Source of the DNA: Azolla caroliniana
Lineage: Eukaryota > Plantae > Polypodiophyta
DNA: 64,000 nt
Direction of reading: 5' to 3'
Assembly (NCBI GenBank): GCA_043228905.1
Contig: JBHGNT010000018.1
Location: 3,224,001 to 3,288,000, forward strand
Below, one piece after another: positions 60,726 to 64,000 of this stretch. The position numbers and the translations under genes are program-made. Under the pieces are notes generated by a model. It made no database searches. It worked only from the letters and a program-made list of their open reading frames with translations, and was not told the origin of the DNA. The first letter of the stretch is position 1. Each line of letters starts with the position of its first letter.

Positions 60726-63700
60726 GTTCATACCACGATCTGAGGATGCCTCTAACAACGAAGTTGACGGTTACCTTATCTGTTTCGTGCACGATGAAAC
60801 AACTAGGTATGGAACAGTGTTGCTTAAGAATGAATGAACTTATTTTTATGTTTTATTTTAGATATATAGCAAATGCAATAGAGAGGATGAAAAATTACCC
60901 TATATTGTAACGAACAAAGTTTTGTATGTTGGGTTTTGTGCAGGGTCTCTTGCGCTCATATCTACGATGCAAAAACTATGGTATCAGAACCAGTTGGTAT
61001 TATTCAAATACCACATAGAGTGCCATATGGATTCCATGCCTTGTTTGTTAGTGAGGTGAGCTCTCTGTAAATGTGCACATGGTTTCCACACCATTGATGA
61101 ATCTAGTGCACAATTTAGATATTTGTGATTAAGGTTAGTTGATAAAGTACAATAACCCAAAACACTGTATGGCTTCTTTTCAGGAACAACTGCAATCACA
61201 AAAGTGACATGGCAAAGTTGTGTCTTATTCTATTAATGATTAGTACATCATACATTAGGACAATGGAAGGATAGGTCTTGCACCTAATCATTTCAGGGAA
61301 CCAAATACCTTTACATATTTAACCGTATTTTCTCTTGCTTTTTTGGGTAGTGACACTCAAATGAAATAAAATGTTGTGGTGCAAGAACATGCATATAGAC
61401 TTTGAAGCCAAATAATTATGGTGTACCATACAATAAAGAAGAGGTGGTTGTTACTTAAGGGGTTTCCAAAAGGAAGAAATTGGGCAGTCTAAAAATTAAT
61501 AATTCTTAGTACATATGTATCTTTGATTTGTTGTGAAGGGACATATATTTATGTCATTGGTCCTTAAATGACTCTCCAAGTGATTGAACCATTACATGTT
61601 AGATTTTAATTATGCATTACTTCAAACCCGCACTCTTGTACAACTTTTGCTTACCTTCAAACCAGAAGATCAACATAGGAACTGCAACTTGAAGAAGCTA
61701 TAGAAAATCAATAGACGGGGACCCCATGCTCAAATCCCCTTTCCCATGCCAAATTAGCCATCACTTTACAATCTATCCAAACTCTAGTCTCTTTTAGTTA
61801 TGGGCTTGTTCGGTTTAGGTTTGGATCGGGTTTTCCTTGAAACCCAACAATTTATAGAAAACCAAAACCAAACCAAACTGTTTATGAACTCTTAAGCTAT
61901 GTAAACCAAACCATTTAAGGAAAAGATCAACTAATTTGTTTAGGGAAACCTATAAGCCATTAAACCAATGAATTGATAAACCTAAAATTTAGAACCAAAT
62001 TGAACTAAAATTATATCATTTATAAATAACGGAACCAAACCAAATTGTTTGATCACATTGGAAATGATAAACTTGGATAGAAATGATTTGGTTTGAGTCA
62101 AAGTTAGGCCCATAACTAGTCTCTTTAGTGAATTGTTTAGGGAAAAGTTGAAATCCAAACTGAACCATTTAATAAGTAAATAAAAATACATGCAAACCTC
62201 GCAACATTGTGTCTAGGAGTATATCATGTTTTACCATTCCAATTAAAGAGAGTGGTGTTTCACTACCTCAAATGTGGGGGTTCATGTTATAATTGGAGAA
62301 TGGAGGAATGGATGTGTGTATGTGGTCTGAACTTGTTTTCAATGTATGATACACACACACACACACACCCCACGGAATGATCGCCATAGAGAGAGAGAGA
62401 GAGAGAGAGAGAGTAAAAAACTTGTCAAGAGTAGGAAGATGAGGAAGACAAATAATTTCTATTAGAGTGAGTACCATAAATACACGAGATAGATGTATAT
62501 ATTACATATTTCTTTGCAAAGAAAATATCCTTTAAGAGAGAGAAAAAAAGAAAGATATATTAACATCTTCGAAGACCAAATTTGGCCCATGAGACAATTG
62601 GTTACAATAATGGGATGTGTACCCAATCATCAAAAATTAAAACTTAAAATAAACATAGATAAAAGAGTTTTATTATGGTACAAAAGATGTTATGGTGAAC
62701 ATATTCCATAAAGGAAATTACTACTCGAACTAGTTTCATTTCTATCCAAGTTTCTTGAAAAGGAGTGGGAGGTCAAAGGGTTTCCGTGTGGGTGTCTTGA
62801 ATCTCGATGTAAAATATATCCTTACCATAGCTTCTAGGCGGTGTAACTCACGTTCCCTTTCTTCTTAATTTCTTTTGCACAACGGGTGACCTTGAGTTTT
62901 ATTTACAAAGAAAGGACACCCTTAGCAAACCAAGATAGTGTGTGTTATGCAAGTTGAATAAGCATTGTAACTCTACTAAAGGTAGTTTATGAATTGTGTC
63001 AAATCTAGCAATCCGCAAAAATATTAATTATCTGAAGTGAAAGAAGAAACCTCATTGGATTAATCCCTAACATTATCGTGAAGATACATGTGTGTGTGTG
63101 TGTGTGTGTGAAACGTGAGCAAGACCACCTCGGACCTAAACCAAGGAGGGAGTATACTCAAGTTGTTTAGTTTGGAGTACTCATAGATTATAATTCCTGC
63201 GCTTGGTTCCTATTGGGGAAGTAAGAGTACTTTCGGTATTCTTGTGTATGTGTGTGTGACCTTTAAGTGAATAGGGTGCATATATGTGTTTATTTTTATA
63301 AGAATGTATTTGTAAATAATTTATATATGAAGGTATGTGTATTTATTTCATAGATATATTTATAAGTTGCGCTTTTGATGTGTTGCGTATAAATGTGTGA
63401 TATTGGGCATATGGAATTTACGCATGTGCACGTGTGAAAGTAGAATTGTTTGTGTGCAAGCGAGCCCAAGGCAATCACGAGTATGTGTGAATGTTTCGAA
63501 TAAAAGATAAATTATGTATAATTATGTGCAAATGAACATATGATTTTTCCATAAAAAATATGCTCCATTGGTATTAAAATTAACAATGCCAAAGGCAATC
63601 TACAAATTGTACATTATAGTTTCCACTCCATAAGTATATGTCGTAAAAAAAGGGACCAAATAAAGATGGCATTTGTTATGGCCTCTAAAAAACATCATGT

Positions 63701-64000
63701 TGCAGCCAACATTGGCTGAATGTGATTCCACATATACTGAAGCTCTTTAGTATACCCATATTCAACCTATAAACAAATTCCTGGTTGTCCAATAGCTGTT
63801 CCCGTTCCTTGGCCTTTAATTTTCCTTTGTGAATGTCCTTTTGTACCACTTAGGTAATACAAAACTGCTCTCTCCAATCAAGCCATTGAGGTAATCTGCT
63901 ACTTCTTGGCCGTAGTCTTCTTCAAGCTGAAACTCAGAACAGCCATACATTGATTAGACCATAATCTCATCACAACCATTCTTCATTTAACCCACATCAG

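Larger units (their letters stand above)
53360..61207 (+). pseudogene. CCD1: Carotenoid cleavage dioxygenase 1-like pseudogene; exons 53360-53641, 54227-54297, 56550-56660, 57025-57209, 57329-57464, 57927-58047, 58461-58561, 58657-58838 plus 60734-60806, 60944-61055, 61184-61207
   Basis: [87 protein letters not shown], with GT-AG introns. Exons for FDGDGM...KPY are absent, there is an apparent 1-bp deletion at ~58476, and a hAT insertion sits in an exon. Confidence 0.92.

Noticed and set aside
63817-63950. Short minus-strand frame MYGCSEFQLEEDYGQEVADYLNGLIGESSFVLPKWY near the window end
   Set aside because: It looks coding-like but is too short, has no recognisable motif and its context runs out of the window.

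Overview
Eukaryotic land-plant genomic DNA (spliced genes, GA/GT microsatellites, tRNA-Met-primed copia elements; the TE lineages suggest a non-seed plant, which is inference only). About 1-48 kb is almost entirely transposable elements. LTR pairs and target-site duplications (TSDs) resolve a seven-layer nest at 2.8-34.7 kb: copia remnant > non-autonomous LTR element E (TSD GCTGA) > copia C > copia A1 (TSD GGTTT) > hAT (8-bp TSD) > gypsy > intact copia A2 (TSD CATAT). Intact copia B1 (TSD TTTCC) also lies in C. A near-identical inverted twin, B2, several TSD-flanked solo LTRs and a LINE remnant follow. The 49-62 kb region holds two host genes: an intact type-D-like non-specific lipid transfer protein (minus strand) and a CCD1-like carotenoid cleavage dioxygenase pseudogene (plus strand). 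The most unusual signals are a hAT fold-back composite with two 5' ends inside a CCD1 exon, a Tf1-type self-priming site in element E, telomere-repeat filler at a deletion junction, discordant U3 minisatellite arrays in the two LTRs of a young intact copia, tRNA-like Pol III modules in a gypsy LTR and in a double-headed short element, and a decayed coiled-coil accessory ORF. I found no convincing wholly new multi-gene system. All alignments were made by eye, and some boundaries are approximate.
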